Assembly: GCF_000143415.4 (NCBI RefSeq)
Contig: NW_003314301.1
Location: 832,711 to 896,710, forward strand
Direction: 5' to 3'
DNA: 64,000 nt
Origin: Selaginella moellendorffii
Taxonomy: Eukaryota > Plantae > Lycopodiophyta
Under the pieces are notes generated by a model. That model searched no databases and had not been told where the DNA came from. It worked only from the letters and a program-made list of their open reading frames with translations. Below, in pieces: positions 13,225 through 27,500 of the stretch. The number at the start of each line of letters is the position of its first letter. Within the stretch, counting starts at the first letter, position 1. The translations under genes were made by a program, and so were the position numbers.

Positions 13225-13775
13225 ATGGAGGCGCGGAAGGTATGGAATCTCTCGTAGTTGCCGCTTCACAGCGTTAGCTTCCAGTCTTAGCACTGTTGAG
13301 CTTGAGCAAGATTTTCCGCGAGAGGTACGTTCGCTACACGCGACTAGAGTGAGTGGTGCGTGCTTGAGTCTTCTTTCCGTCCGTTTTTAATGGTTTCGCT
13401 TAAAAAATTCCTGGTTGTCTGGAGGAATCTCTGATAATGGGTCCTTCTGGTGAAGCAGCTCGAGAGGACGGATCCAGAGAGCTCCCTCGGCGTCATGTCG
13501 ACGACGAAATTCCCAAATCGTCTTCGCCAACGATACGCTACCTTCTCAAGAGGAGTGGGTATCGACATGCTCTTTTCAGTGGCATCGTCACACTCATCAT
13601 GGGAGGGTTGGTTTTTTCCTTCATTTGATCTTTTTTCTTCGGGTTGCAGAGCGGTCCTTCTCAAATGCATTCACTGCCACAGGAATTGTCTGCGGCTTCC
13701 TGATAATGCTCGTTGTGGCCTCGGCAGATACTTACACTTGTGATCAGCTTCTCAGACAAGCTTATTCTCGATTAT
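13225..13775 (+). pseudogene. Amino-acid transporter (Aa_trans family) 5' fragment, head-to-head with the ZIP4 fragment
   Basis: Spliced exons give HALFSGIVTLIMGG..NAFTATGIVCGFLIMLVVASADTYTCDQLLRQA, like Aa_trans TM1-TM2; telo-box aaaccctaa lies between the two 5' ends. Confidence 0.55.
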
Positions 13776-13886
13776 GAGTCTCTTGCTTTCCACATTGGTG
13801 GGAAGTGGTGGAAGGTTCTCTCTCTCTTTTTTGTTTTTGTTTTCTTTTTTTGAAGTTTCTAAAAGCTTTCTCTCTTTTCTTTTTTT

Positions 13887-14350
13887 TCACAGCTTGCTAC
13901 CGAAATTAGCATAGTGGTTCTGCCCATTGGGACCATTATAGGCAGCATTCAGGAAGTCAGTGAAGCTGCTGTCATCGGCATTGAAAACATCACTTCCAAT
14001 GTTAACAGGTAACAGGCGTGTGCTTATGATCCTGTCTGTCGTCTTCATTGTCGCTCCATTTTGCCTGGTGGAAAAACTGAAACAGGTATAATTTTCCAAA
14101 CAGGTGGTGCTTCGTGCTTTTGTTATTGCCGTTGCGTTGCAGCCCTAACCACACTGTAAAACGTCAACAAATGTAAGCAACAGTTACATTTCCTTGCTGA
14201 CATTGTTTTCTATTTTCTTTACTCTCGAGCTCTCGGAATCACTGGAATCCATTCTTGATGGCTAGAGTCATGTTGATACTGTAACGGGGCTCTGTGTCTG
14301 ATGCCATCTCGAACTTAAACTCTGGCAACAGAGCAGCTACCAGAGACTTC
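13887..14350 (-). pseudogene. 3' fragment of an unidentified gene (NYTCFSFSTRQNGATMKTTDRIISTRLLP...HYANFGSKL)
   Basis: Same C-terminus recurs at 29170 and 45918. Confidence 0.45.
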
Positions 14351-14810
14351 ATTTGCAGCGTAGCCATAGACAGGTCTGTATCTCACCACCATCTCTCATC
14401 GCCATCTCGCCAAGACCGAGGATCAAACTCGGTGTTTATGTGTGTGACTTAACTGATGCCTTCTGTTTTGCTTTCCAGGCTGTCTGCCAAACCAGCCGAG
14501 AGGGCCGAGACGTCGTCAAAGTCGTCCGCGAAAGACATATCGCCGCGCTCGAGAAGCCCGTCACCGGCCCGTCCCGTGACGCCTCCCAGGGCCTCGCCTC
14601 CCAGGCTCGTCGACGAGCTCAAGCTCCAGCTAGAAAAGGGGGAGATGCTCAAGAGAACCATCCCGGCAAATGCTGGATCAGCAGCAGCAGCAGCACCGAG
14701 GCAGTGGATTGGTGTGTAGAGGCGGTGGAGATGATTCGCAGTGCCAAGTTTTAAAGGTTTTGGACTGTGGAAGGCAGCAGCAGCAAGCTAAGAACAGGCC
14801 AAACTCACAG

Positions 14811-16640
14811 ACACACACACACACACACAGACACTCTCCTCTTTACCAAGTGAGAAAACAAAGAGAGTATAGCTTATATGTGATACTTATAACTCTTCCA
14901 AAATTTCTCTCTCTTTCTATAGTTTTTTTCTCATCTGGAGAGCATTTTCGCTTGATGGAAAGTTGATCACAAACAATGCCCTCGGAAAGATTGTGGAGGG
15001 TTGTTTTGTATAGAACAGACAAAAGCAAAGAAAAATACTGTGATTAAAACTCTTTGAACGTGACTACTAAGAATTTCTCTCTAGTTTAAGGCTGTGTCCC
15101 AAAGACGGCACATTTAGACTGGCGCTTTCTCTGAGGGGGCGGGGGTGGACAAAAGTAGGGGCGTGAGTGCATGGAAGCTTCGCGGTTTGGTTGCCTAAAG
15201 TCGAGTTGCCACACTAGGAATCAGTGTTATGCGTTGCTACCTACAAGAGCCAGCCAACGAAGAAGAAGAGAAGAAGATTGGGTTTGAGTGGCCTAGCCCA
15301 CTCAAACTAGAACACGCACATACTCTCTTTTGCTATTGGTCCACCACCAAATTTTGCACTTGTACACAAACATCAGGTACATAAGTATGTTGTTTAATTT
15401 TATTAACAAGGAAAGACACTAAGAAATGTGATCAAGATATATCAAATTATCTTAATATTTCCAATCTCAAAAATATCAAGCTTTTTCACAGCACTTTTCT
15501 GAAAATATCTGCAAAGAAATGTAATAAATTTTATTAAAACAAAACTAAATAATCTGACTAATATTTGTGTTCATATTGCATTATTCTTCAAAATCATGAT
15601 ATTGTGAGACATTAGATTCAACAATTATATAATATAGCTTACAGATAATTCTTTGTTTTTGCACTTTTACCAAGTAAATGTGATTGTAAAGAGAAAGAAA
15701 ATTAGTTAAAATATTAAAAATTAACTCTTGAACCATACTTATTTAGGCTGAAAAAAATATTTACTCCAGAATCTTTTTACTTCTAATAGATTATATTATT
15801 TTGAAGTTATAGTTTTTATTTTTTGAAAAATATTGTACTAAATATAAAAGTGAAGTATAATTTTGTTAATTCCTTACTTTGAAAAATAAAGAACCCAAAT
15901 ATTAAACTTAATTTTAAAATAAAAGGAGGTAATAACACAAATGTATCTTTTTTATTATGTTTATATCATATTTTGTTATCTTTATAATAATTACAACCAT
16001 CTTCACTAATAAAATAGTATTATGAGTTTTAGATTACAAATTTAAATATTTACAAATTAAGGTATTAATCTTGAGAAAACTTTAACTTTATTGTTTCCTC
16101 TCCAAGGGTTTACTATGTAGCATGCAAAAATATCATTATTTCTTTTTTTGTTATGTAATATAGCACATAAAATATAATTAAATATATAATTTTCCCCAAA
16201 AGGCAAATCAATGGTTATTTATATGTTTATTAACTGCCAAAATAAATGCACCATGTTTGTGCTTAACTCAAAAAATGTATATTTGAGTGTAAAAAATATT
16301 AAATAACAATAATTAAAATTTTAAAAAAAGGCTTTATAAAACACAAATGAAAAATAAAGTTCAGAATAATTTATTAAAGTGTTCTAAGGAAGAAAAAAAA
16401 TTTACACTACACTAAATTTGTATAATTTTAATTTATAATTATTCTTAACTTTTAATTTTGGCAAAATTTAACTTTTACTTATTTAAAAAGATAAAATATA
16501 ATTAAGTTTCAAATCATGTTAAAAAGTTTACCCTAACAAACAGAACTTTAGGTTTAGTGGTGATGGACGAGGCTTCTACAAGTGTGGGAATCAGTCCGGT
16601 AGGGAATGTGGGCTTGGATCCAGCTTACCCTTGTCTTGTC
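14811..16640. repeat. Dispersed AT-rich repeat, copy 2
   Basis: Colinear with 7271-9325. Confidence 0.85.
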
Positions 16641-18279
16641 CTTTTACAGGATTACTACATCGAAGTTAAATATTCCATTTGGACTTATTATGTTCGTCCT
16701 CACTCCACAATCCATGTCATTCATCTTTGCTCCACTATTATATTTGTTTATCCTGACTTTATCATTAGGGCTAGACTCCCATCTGTCCTTTCTACCCCCT
16801 CCAAAGAAAAAAAAAGTTTGAAGTGTCAGGGCAGAAATGAGAAACTGAAAAAAATTAAAGACAAATAATTGTGGAAGAAGAAAAAATGGATAAAGAAGTA
16901 TCAAAAGAGGAATTTATAGTAGTTGGCAATATAGAAATAAAAAAATCAAAAGAATGACATGTGCTCAAAGTTTAGAAAATAAGGGACTTCCTATCATAAA
17001 ATACTTCAGCCACCACAATATAAGTAAAAGATTCACACATATCAACTTCTTCAACATATAACAAAACTTTTGAGATGGGAAAATTAATAAAAATGTCTAT
17101 ACTCTCAATAAAACACATAAACTCCTTAGCACAAACAATAAAATAAAGACTCTCAATGGCACTCATAATTAGGGATATGCATTGAACTTGAGATTTTGAC
17201 CAAAGTGATTCAACCCTTGGAATTGGGGAATACTCAATATCAAAATTGATTAAAGTCTTTTTAAATAAAGAAAAAGTAAGATTTTCAACTTCATGCACAT
17301 ACTTAACATCCAGATTAATATGAAGAGGACATAACACTCAACTCAACATTGAATTGAGAATGAAAATCATGAGAGTCACAAATGATCAATGTGCCAAGAG
17401 AAGAAAACATTGCAAATGAGGAAGAAATACTAAAAACATGAAAAGGTGGCTTATGCTGAGAAATTAAAAAAATATTGGGAAATAACAAAAGGTAAATAGA
17501 AAGGATCAAGTGGTAGATTGTAAGATTGACATTTATCCCATGAAATCTTCATTTCATCTCCAAAGTTATCTCTATAATAATCAAGCTCGTTATCACAATC
17601 TGAAATCCACTTGAGTTCGTACATATCATTTTTCTATAAACTTGATCCTTGAACATTCTCCAAGAATTGGATTGTATCATTCATAGTTCGTTAATCAATG
17701 TCAACATCACACTCCACATCAACAGAAAATAGTAAAACACCAAAAAGAAAACAAATTATGTAATCATGTTCTATGAAAGTTAAAGACAACAACACACCAA
17801 AAATATGCATAATACCAACATGAGCACACCCCACAACACCAAAAGTTCGATCTAATGGAGTAGCATTAATAACTTTAAGTGATATACTCTTTGATTGATG
17901 ACTACATGGTATGGTAGAAGAAAAGAATACAATGAAAATTATAAGAAAGAGTAGATCTAAGCATAGACATAACTAAAGTTCTAGATCTTACAAAAAATTA
18001 TTACATATCTAGATTTCAAAAAGAATGAAGAAATAAAAACAAAAAGCACAATCCTAAACACTAGAGCAAAGCACTTCTAAAAAACTTTGCCCATCAGGGA
18101 CAAATTGCAATATCCCTCAACTGCACTAATATAAGTGCTCAAGATATAAGAATGGTTATATTAATTGGGGTTTAGATTTTTATTTAAATACAAGAATGGA
18201 TGGACTATATTTAGTTCTGAATGAATGGTCGATAAGTTAGGGAAATACATATATATACATATATATATTTACAAACCTT

Positions 18280-19150
18280 ACAGATTAAAGTATAAAATAT
18301 TATAAATTGGTGGTATTATGTTGCTTTTGTTACCTTTATATAATTACAACCATCTTCAATAATAAAAAGTGTTATGAATATCAAATTACAAATTTAAATA
18401 GTTACAATTTAAGTTCCTAGTTTTGACCAAGCTTTAATTTTATTGTTTTCTCTCTAAGGGTTATATATATATAGTATGCAACCTAAAAAATATTATTATT
18501 TCAAATTTTTATTATGTGGTATACCACATCAAATATAATTAAATATATTATTTGCTTCAAAGAGTAAGTCAAAGGTTGTATATATACTTGTTCACTGCCA
18601 TACCATATTTATATTGAATTTAAAATATGTATATTTGAGCTGAAAAAAAATTCAATGAGAATAATAAAAATTTCAAAAAATAAAATGTTTTATAAAATTA
18701 CAATACAATTTTAAATATTTATACAATTTTAAATATTCTATTAAAGTGTTCTTAAGAAGAAAAAACTAATTTAACACTATTCTAAATTTGTATGTTGTTA
18801 CTCCTAACAAAATAATCTGTATTATTTAAATTTTGTAAATTTATAGATATTCTTAACTTTTAATTTTTTGCTTTAAATGGAAAATTTTAAAGTAAATAAA
18901 TTTTCCTTATTTTTAAAAAGTTAAACAAAATAAATTTTAAATCATGTTAAAAACTTTACCCTAACAAACTAAACTTTAGGTTTAATGGTGATGGATGAAG
19001 CTTCTAGAAGTGTAGGAATCAGTCCGGTAGGAAATGTGAGCTTGGATCCAGCTTACCCTTGTCTTGTCCTCTCACAAGATCTAATTCACGAGATTTTCAA
19101 GAGCCTTTGGGAGAAGGCCAGCCAGGGTTTGCTCTTCCTCTCTCTCTCTT
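18280..19150. repeat. Dispersed AT-rich repeat, partial copy 3
   Basis: Matches ~8610-9420, including ...ctctctctcttttgtctgagctccaca. Confidence 0.8.
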
Positions 19151-19543
19151 TTGTCTGAGCTCCACAACAGATGTTGCCCAGGCGGATGAATCCAACGTAG
19201 GCGCAACCTCGAAAAGAACCAAGTCCAAAGCAGAGCTTTCTAAAGATCATAGAGAAATGCAGCCAGTTTCGTTTCCGTTTTGCAGCAAATGCGAATGCTC
19301 TGTGAGTTGCTCAAGCTCTTCGTCAGAGGTCGGGTTTACTCTATTTCGTTTCAAAGAAGGAACTAGAACCAAAACTTCTGGGCTGATTGATGCAGAGGCA
19401 GTCGGGCGAGTGGGAATCATTGCAGAGGCCGAGGGAAAGGATCGCATCGAAGCAACACATTTCGAAAGAATGCTACCGCAGTTTTTGCTGGACTTCTAGC
19501 TAGAGACGAAGATGGTGCTCGCGGGAAGAACTCTAGCAGCGGT

Positions 19544-21828
19544 ATGAGAAGGCTGGCCAGAGGACTCGCTACAGACTGTGCAAGCAAACAGCTAAACTTG
19601 AGAGAGTACCTCGATTCGAAGCTATGCTCCTCCGATGTCTCCACTCTGGCTCGTCTCATCCGCGAGTGTGGTTCTCTGGAAAGCCTGTTAGATGCACAAA
19701 AGATTCACAGTCACATTGTAGAGTCTGGCTTTCAGGAAAGCTTTTACCTGCGTGAGCGCCTCGTCCACATGTAGCTCAAGTGTGGCAGTGTAGAGAACGC
19801 CGAGGACGTCTTCTTGGACAGGAACAGGATGGCTCACTTCCGAGACGTCACGACGTGGACGGCGATGTTGTCCGCATACTCTCGTCAATCCAGCAGCACC
19901 ACCAAGGTGCTCGAGTTCTACTGCCAGATGCTCCAGCACGGTGTCAAGCCCGACAGCTTCACTTTCACTGCCGTGTTGAAAGCCTGTGTTTCTGCGAGGA
20001 GAGCGTTGAGTGGCGGGAAGGCGATCCACTCCCAGATCTTAGAGAGCGGGCTAGAGGACAACGAGATCATCGGAACTTCGGTCGTGAGCATGTATGGGAA
20101 GTGCAGCAGCCTGGTCGATGCTCGAGCCTGGTTTGATGGAGTTTGTGTCTGATGTCCGCATGGAGTGATGTTGTGGAACGCCATGATCTCGGCTTACGTC
20201 CAGAACGGCTGCTGTGGACAGTCCTTGGAGCTCTTCATGCTGATGCTCTTGGAAGGTGTCGCTCCAAACAGTGTCACGTATGTCACGGTTCTCAATGCTT
20301 GCAGCTCTACATTGACGCTGGGTATTGGCACGGCGGTTCACATCTGTGTTTGCGATCTCGGCCTCGAGTCGGACGTCCTCATTGAGCGGGAAGAGCGGGA
20401 AGCTGGACGAAGCCCGGAAGATCTTTGAAAGGATCGAAGCTCCGGACTTGGTGTCGTGGAACTCGATGATATCAGCTCTTGTCCGGGACCGCCAAGGAGA
20501 CGGTGCTCGGACGTTGTTCAAGCAGCTGCTTCTGGAAGGCGTCACTCCAAATGAGATCACTCTCATCTCTACTATCAAAGCCTGTGCTTGTCCGGAAGAT
20601 TTGACGGAAGGAAAGCTGATCCACGCCTGCAGCTGTGAAAGTGGCCGGGCCTCAGTACTCTTCGTGAGGAATGCTCTCGTAGTCATGTATGGAAAATGCG
20701 GCTGTCTAGAGAAAGCTCGCGAACTGTTTGAATCTGAAACATTGGAGAGGAACTTAGTCAGTTGGAGCGTCATGGTTGCGGCTTATGCAGAAAACGGTCA
20801 TGGTCACGAGGCCCCCTGCAGCTCTTCAGGATGATGATTCTGGAGGGTCAAAGCCTCGACTCAGTCGTCTTTGTCAACGTCCTCAATGCTTGTTCTTCGG
20901 CAGGAAACGCTAAGTTGCTGCTGCGGGAGAAGCTCTTCACGGCAACTTAGTTGAGGCTGGATTCGAATCGGACGTAGTAGCGGCAACGGTACTCGCGAAC
21001 ATGTCTATCAAGTATGGACGTTTGGAAGACGGGCGACGTGTTTTCGACAGAATGGAGGCCCGGACGCTGTCAGCTGGAACACCATGATCTCGGGCTATGC
21101 TCAGAACGGTCGTCCCAAAGAAGCCTTGGAACTCTTCCGCCAATGGATCCCGGAGTTGCTGACAAACGGACGTATGTAGCAGCATTGGATGCTTGCGCCT
21201 GCTCAGTGGCTGCAACCGAAGGAAACTTATACACCAGCGAATACTTCAGCAGAAGATGAGCGTCGACGTAATCCTGGGAACAGCCATTGTCAACATGTAT
21301 GGAAAATGTGATTGCTTGAGCGAAGCCGAGGAGTTCTTTGACAGTATACCTCTTCCCGACGTCGTCACTCGCAATGCCATGATAGCTGGTTATGCTCAGC
21401 ACGGTCACCTCGGCAAAGCTCTTGGTCTGTTCGCCAAAATGAAGCAGGAGGGAGTGAGACCCGATGGTGCCACCTTTCTTAGTGTTCTGTGTGCTTGTAG
21501 CCATGCTGGTAACTTGAAAAAAAGATCCGAGTTCTTCATATCAATGCTGGTCGATTACGAGGTTAAGATTTCTGTTGAGCACTGTGGTTGCATGCTGGAT
21601 CTGCTGAGCCGGTCAGGAATGCTGCGTGAAGCAGAGGATCTCCTAAAAAAGTATCCGACTTCAGCCAGAGATGCCGAGTGGATAACGTTGCTGGCCGCGT
21701 CTATGACTCAAAGTGATGCAACCGTGGCTCAAAACGCAGGAGAGGGCCTTATGAACTGCCGCCCCGAGAGCTCTTTCCCATACGTCGTGCTTTCCACTGC
21801 TTTGAGCATTGATGAGGAGGCTGCCTGA
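19544..21828 (+). pseudogene. PLS-class pentatricopeptide repeat gene with E-like end, multiply disrupted
   Basis: PPR motifs (WTAMLSAY, PDSFTFTAVLKAC, MYGKC, WNSMISA, FLSVLCACSHAG, HCGCMLDLLSRSG, PYVVLS) split over several frames with an internal stop. Confidence 0.88.
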
Positions 21829-21925
21829 GAACTAGAGCTATAGCGTGTAAAATTCAACACACCTGAATCGAAAAATTGCCTGCAGAAAAAAAAAGTTTGT
21901 GATGAAGCAATGTAAAATAGTAAGC

Positions 21926-22640
21926 CTACCCATTGAGGCACATGCTAAAAGTTTTCACACACGTTTCTCTCATCAGCTCGTGAACTTGGTCAAAAGATTG
22001 CCTTGCGTCCACAAACTTGACGACAAAAGAAAAGTCTCCGTCTTTTACCCTGCAGACCTTTGTACTGTAAGGCAACTTTTTTCTGAAAATCCAGCTGCTC
22101 ATCTCCATATCCACCGCGCACAGCAGCTTCCTAAACAAAAAATAATGAAAGAGCTGCTTTATAGAATGTAGAGTACCTCTGGCGGACCAGGTCTGCAGCA
22201 GGAAGTCCAACCCCGAGAGCCTGTCCAGTTAAACGCTAAAGCTTAGGCAGCGGTCTGCACCTTGCACCACTCAAGATCCAGTCCCTTCGCAGCAGAGAAA
22301 GCCACTCCTGAGTACGAATATCGATCTACTACCAACGTTATTCCAGCCATCAATTTCATTTCCATCTGCAGTTTGTAAGAAAACAAGATGTGCTGTTCTC
22401 AAAAACTAGTCAAGAAAGTCACACCTCTTCTCGCAGCCGTTTGCTGAAAACAAAAGATGAACAGCACGATCATCAAGCTCAGCCCCCAAGGAAGCCGAAA
22501 TCGAGCTACCGATGGCCGTTGTCCTGGAAACCGCCAAGCCTCCGCCTTCAGCCCTTCAAAAACTCAACCAGCCAGTGACACTGAGAGCTCTTCCCGCTTC
22601 TGTCCAGACCCTCCAGGACAATGAGCGTCCCGCGCTTCTC
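21926..22640 (-). pseudogene. Thymidylate kinase (dTMP kinase), multi-exon, frameshifted
   Basis: [76 protein letters not shown]. Confidence 0.85.
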
Positions 22641-24112
22641 TGCTCCCACTGCAAGCTGCATTGAAGTAACGGCTTGGAGGCACTCCTCCATCAAGTCGAC
22701 ATGGCCCTGCTTCTGCTTCATCAACCATTCCCCCATTCCCTGTCGTTGAGGTTCCATAACAGGCGCATGACTGAGCAGCTCCAGAGCAATGTTCATCCAC
22801 TGTTTACAAATTACAGATCGATGTAGTTAGCTTGCTAGCTCAAACAAGCGACTTACCTTCAGAAAACTACACGACACGTTCGGTTCAAGCTGCAAAGAAC
22901 GAAGAAAGATCCTCAGTCACAAAACCAAAAGCTTTCTCAAAATACCTTTTCAGCAGCATGAACGTGTTCAGCAGCTCTGTCATACTGCACGAGGCCCAGA
23001 TAGCAGAGACATAAAGCACGCAATGCCTTCGCTCTCATGGTAGTTTCCTCTTCCGCAGGCAGGTAATGCATGGCAGCCTCGAACAATGGCTGTAGGAAGA
23101 AATCCGAGCCACTATTACAAAAACACCCCAAAAGTCAGCTCTCATATAACGGTGAAATAAAAGAAATTCAGAGAAGCGCCAGACTTCTCTTGTGGATGAA
23201 AACCTCTAAAGCAAAACGAAGAACGTTTTCTCTGAAACGGCGTCGTCTCTTTGATCAAGAACGTCAAAGCGGACAGGCACACCTCCACTGCAGCCTTGTC
23301 ATATGATATGAGAGCTACAAGCTCCTCCTCGGCCTCTTCGTAACGACTGAGCCCAATCAATGCCTTGATTGAAGGCCAGGAACGACGTGCTAGGATGATC
23401 CGAGGAGCCTTTGAGAACCGAAACGCAGTTGAGAACTCCCTCGAAGTTCCCATTCTGGAGCGGCAATGTACCTGAGAATTGTGAGCTCCTGGCTTGTCAC
23501 AGTTTGCTCCTCGCCCTTGCTCTTGCACGATCCCTTGAGCGCCTCGGAGCAAATCTCATAAGCTTACTCCATGTACTTGACGGACTCAGCCTTTGATTCC
23601 GACCCCTGGAGCGCCAGAAGTGATTTCCCGTAGAGAAGATATATGTCCACCCGCTCTTGATACCTCTCCAGGGAGTCTTGGAGAAAACCACGGGCCCTCC
23701 CTAGCATGCTGGAAGCTAGCGCCTTGTGTGACATCTCCCACACTGTTCTTTCTTGACCGCACAAGGCACAGATCAAACATGACCTGCTGCTCTTCCCTGC
23801 TGCCGATCGATGAGAGACGATCTCGGTGGCTCGCGGCCGCGATTTGTAGTTCCGGATCTTGTGCGATCAAAGGAAGAATGTAACCATCTTGAGAGTGCTC
23901 GACCAACGACACCGGCCCACAAGAGCATCTCGACAAAGGCGCGCGTGGTATTCCCCTAAGGAATCCACCACTGCGCGGCCTGGCGGCTGGTAGCTTAGCT
24001 TCAAGACTTGCTGATTCCCAGAGAAGAAGCCTGCTAGGTGATCGATCCTCCGCAGCGGATTCACAGTAGCCACATCGCCGATCCCTGCACTAAGAACCTC
24101 CGAGATGATCAT
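22641..24112 (-). pseudogene. ZIP4: ZIP4/SPO22 (TEX11-like), internally deleted and frameshifted
   Basis: FDLCLVRSR, VWEMSHKALA, KALIGLSRYEEAEEEL, RAKALRALCLCYLGLVQYDRAAEH match plant ZIP4 segments. Confidence 0.85.
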
Positions 24113-24206
24113 CCTGAGAGCAAGCGATCCTCGGGTCCAGTCCTGCGAAGCCCTAGAATATTTTCCCGCTCAACTTTGAATCCATAAACCCTAACCCTGG
24201 GCGGTA

Positions 24207-24261
24207 CACGTGCCAACACATAATTGGGTTTTTATTCGGGCGAATTAAATATTGCCACGTG
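24207..24261 (+). promoter_or_regulatory. Paired G-boxes (24207-24212, 24256-24261) upstream of NLR2
   Basis: CACGTG twice; also paired at 40810 and 40857. Confidence 0.4.
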
Positions 24262-24582
24262 TATAAGTTTTGATAGAGCACATGACTGACATGAGAACAT
24301 GTAAGATTATAGCGACTTGCGGATTAATGCGACAGCGATGGAAGGTCTCTTGGTGGGACATTGATTTAATCTTCTCTTCTTTTGAAAGGTACGCTCGTTA
24401 CACGCAACTAGACTAAGTCGTGCTTTACTCTTCTTTTCTTCCGTTTCTAATGGTGTCATTTAAAAAAATTAGAAAAACAATGGAACACGCATTCACGCGC
24501 AAACGTGTTGCATCATTTTCTATGTTTGAACTGGCGAGAGAAGTTATATGCTTGTGTTGAGCAAAATACAGAGCTTGTATCC

Positions 24583-27500
24583 ATGGCCAACCTCGATCCC
24601 ACGGGTGTGCTGAGAGCGCTTGTTTCTGAAGCTGTTAGAGAAGTGATTGGGCTTGCCAAGTCTGCCATTCATTGCAAGAAGAAGTGCAGCGAGTTGGAAG
24701 TTTCATTGACCGAAGCATCAGATCTGCTAGGTGAAATGAAGAGATATTCTGCTGCCCAGGGCTCTCTGAGCTCCTCACAACTGGATTCCTGGCTGAAAGC
24801 CCTCCAAGCCAAGGTTGAAGAGGCTAAACCTCTTATTCTTGAGTGCCAGTCGCTGCAAAATCCCATTCTGGATGGCCTAAAGAGGTAGGTTGATTGTGCT
24901 TCTCTTGGGACATTTCTGAATTGAGTTTGTGATTTTGTTCCAGGATACAGCTTGCTACCAAGATCGAACACTGCTCCAAGGCGATCCATGGGCACTTGGC
25001 TGCAGCTCCTCGAAATCTTGATGTTGAGATTCTACATACATTGAAGAAGCAAAAGGAGGTGCCCTCTAATGTGGTTCCACAGGAAGAACAGCATGTTGTT
25101 CCTCTGGATAAGCACATTTTCGGCATGGAAGAGACGCTGGAGCGGGTTGTATCAGACTTGCTGGGGTCCCCTGCAAGCAGCAAGTGGGTTGGAGTCCATG
25201 GAGCAGGAGGTGCTGGAAAAACACTCCTGGCCAAAAAAGTATGTGACAACGATCAAGTCAAGGGGTGTTTTGATCCAGTTTTGTGGCTAACATTCGGTCA
25301 GTCGGTTCAGGTACGTTCCTTAAGCTTATAATGCAACATATTGCGGCTATGGTTGTATCTCCTCAGGTGGAAGCAAAGCAAGACGAACTTGCCAAAAAAA
25401 TCCGACTAGAAGGTGATCAGATCAGCAATGAAACACTGGGGAGGGGGCTTGTTGGGAAGAGATGCTTGCTGGTGTTGGATGATGTCTGGAAGTCCATCCA
25501 TTTGGATCTCTTGGATGTGGTCCAAGAGAATGGAAGCAAGATCTTCATTACCACTCGAAAACGTGATGTGCTTGACAGTAGAGGTGCAATCAAAACCGAA
25601 ATGGGGCTCTTGGGAAAGGAGGACAGCATGAAGTTGTTCGTAGTCCACGCATTCCCTAACCAAAATCATGCTCAAGTCACCAAGGCAGTGGTGGAGCAAG
25701 TTGTGGAAAAGTGTGGGGGGCTTCCACTGGTCTTGAAGGTAATTGGCAGAAGAATGGCAGGCACACAAGATTGGGACTATGTTCTGAGCAAACTCAAGGA
25801 TCAACGACTTATTGCTCTTGATGAGGAACAACAGGTACTGGAGCGACTCAAGCTGGGTTACGATGCATTGTTGCCTCTTCGCATCCAGCAGCACTTTCTC
25901 TTCTTCGCAGCATTTCCAGAAGACTATCCGATTGGATTTTGGGAGCTGTTCAGGTGTTGGAAAGGCGAAGGGCTGGTTGCCAACATAGCAGAGGCCACGA
26001 ATGTTCTAGAAAGGCTCAAGAATCACGCACTTATCACTGAAGAAGAACAAGAAAGTTGGGAAATAGTGCCGAGACAAACGAAGTATTACAGGATCCACGA
26101 TGCGTTGCTGGCTCTTGCTTTGCACATCCTGGAACGAGAAGGCCCCAAGTGTTATTTCAAGGCTGGGCAGTCGCAGATGAGGGATGTGGGGGACGCCTTC
26201 ACGAGTAACTACAGCAGGATTTCACTGTTTGAGTGTGGAATTTCGGAAATCCCTCTGCCTAAGAAGAACAGGGTCAAAGTTTCCAGCACCACTTGCCTGC
26301 TCTTGGATTATAATCTCGACCTCACTGCATTGCCAAGCCTCTCTCTTTTCAAAGGCTTGAAGGTTTTGTGCCTGAGTCGCACTGGGGTGGTAAGTTTGCC
26401 ACATAGCATTGGACAGCTCAAGACTCTGGAGACTCTGGATTTGTCTTCGAGTAGGTCACTCCAAAGCATCCCAGATTCACTGGGCAACTTGGCGAATTTA
26501 TCATATTTGAACTTGGAAGGCTGTTTGCGACTAAAGTCTTTCCCTGTGGATGCTTTGCTCAAACTCACCAAGCTGGTCTACTTAAACGGAAGGGGATGTT
26601 GTGGAATGTGGACATGCCACAGGCTGCATCATCGGCTTTTCAAACAGAAGAAATGCTTGAACAGGAGGTTTGGAAGACTCTATCTGGATGGGATGTTTCA
26701 GGCATTGACAAAGTTGGAGGTGTTGATTATTGATACACAGTTGGCTGTGGATCTACCAGCAAGCACAGGCAAACTGGCCCATTTGAAACAGTTGGAAATA
26801 CAGGGTTGCAAACAGGGAATATGTGACAGCTTTCAAGGCTTGCCCGACCTTGAGATTTTGAAACTCTGGGGATTGGAGCTTCCATTGACCTCAGACTGGG
26901 ACTGGAGCAGATTTCCGAGGTTGAGAACTTTGGAAGTGAGCTGCTTTGGGAAAAGTGACTTTAAAGTAACCTGCAGCATGGAGAACTTGCAGGAATTGAA
27001 ACTCTGGGGATTGGAGTTTCCATTGCCAGACTGGGACTGGAGCAGATTTCCGAGGTTGAGAACAATGGAAGTGGGACACTTTGGGCAAAGTGGCTATAAA
27101 GTAACCTCCAGCATGGAAAACTTGCAAAAATTGGTTATTAAGGCCAATAACCACCTTGAGGGGCTTCCTTTCTTAACACAGGAAATGTTTCCCACGCTGA
27201 CAATACTCTGCCTTGAGGGATGCCAAAAGTTGATTGGGGTGCCCACCATCTCTCAACTGGCATCACTCAAGGTCCTCAACATCGCCAGGTGTCCCTCCTT
27301 GAAGGACCTCTCCATCTCGTTCCTTCCAAATCTAGAGATAGTTCTTCTAGATACCTGCAACGAAGTGACTACCATCAACATATCCGAGTGCCCATCACTG
27401 ACAGTTGTTCAAATTCGCTCCTTTCGCATGCATGCCCGTGTTGCATTCGGTGGCAACTTCCCACGACTTGAAGCAATAACCCTTGGTGGATTTGAACAGC

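Noticed and set aside
25283-25366. N-terminal extension of the 853-aa ORF as the true NLR2 start
   Set aside because: It runs through intron 2; the spliced model restores the P-loop and N-terminal domain.
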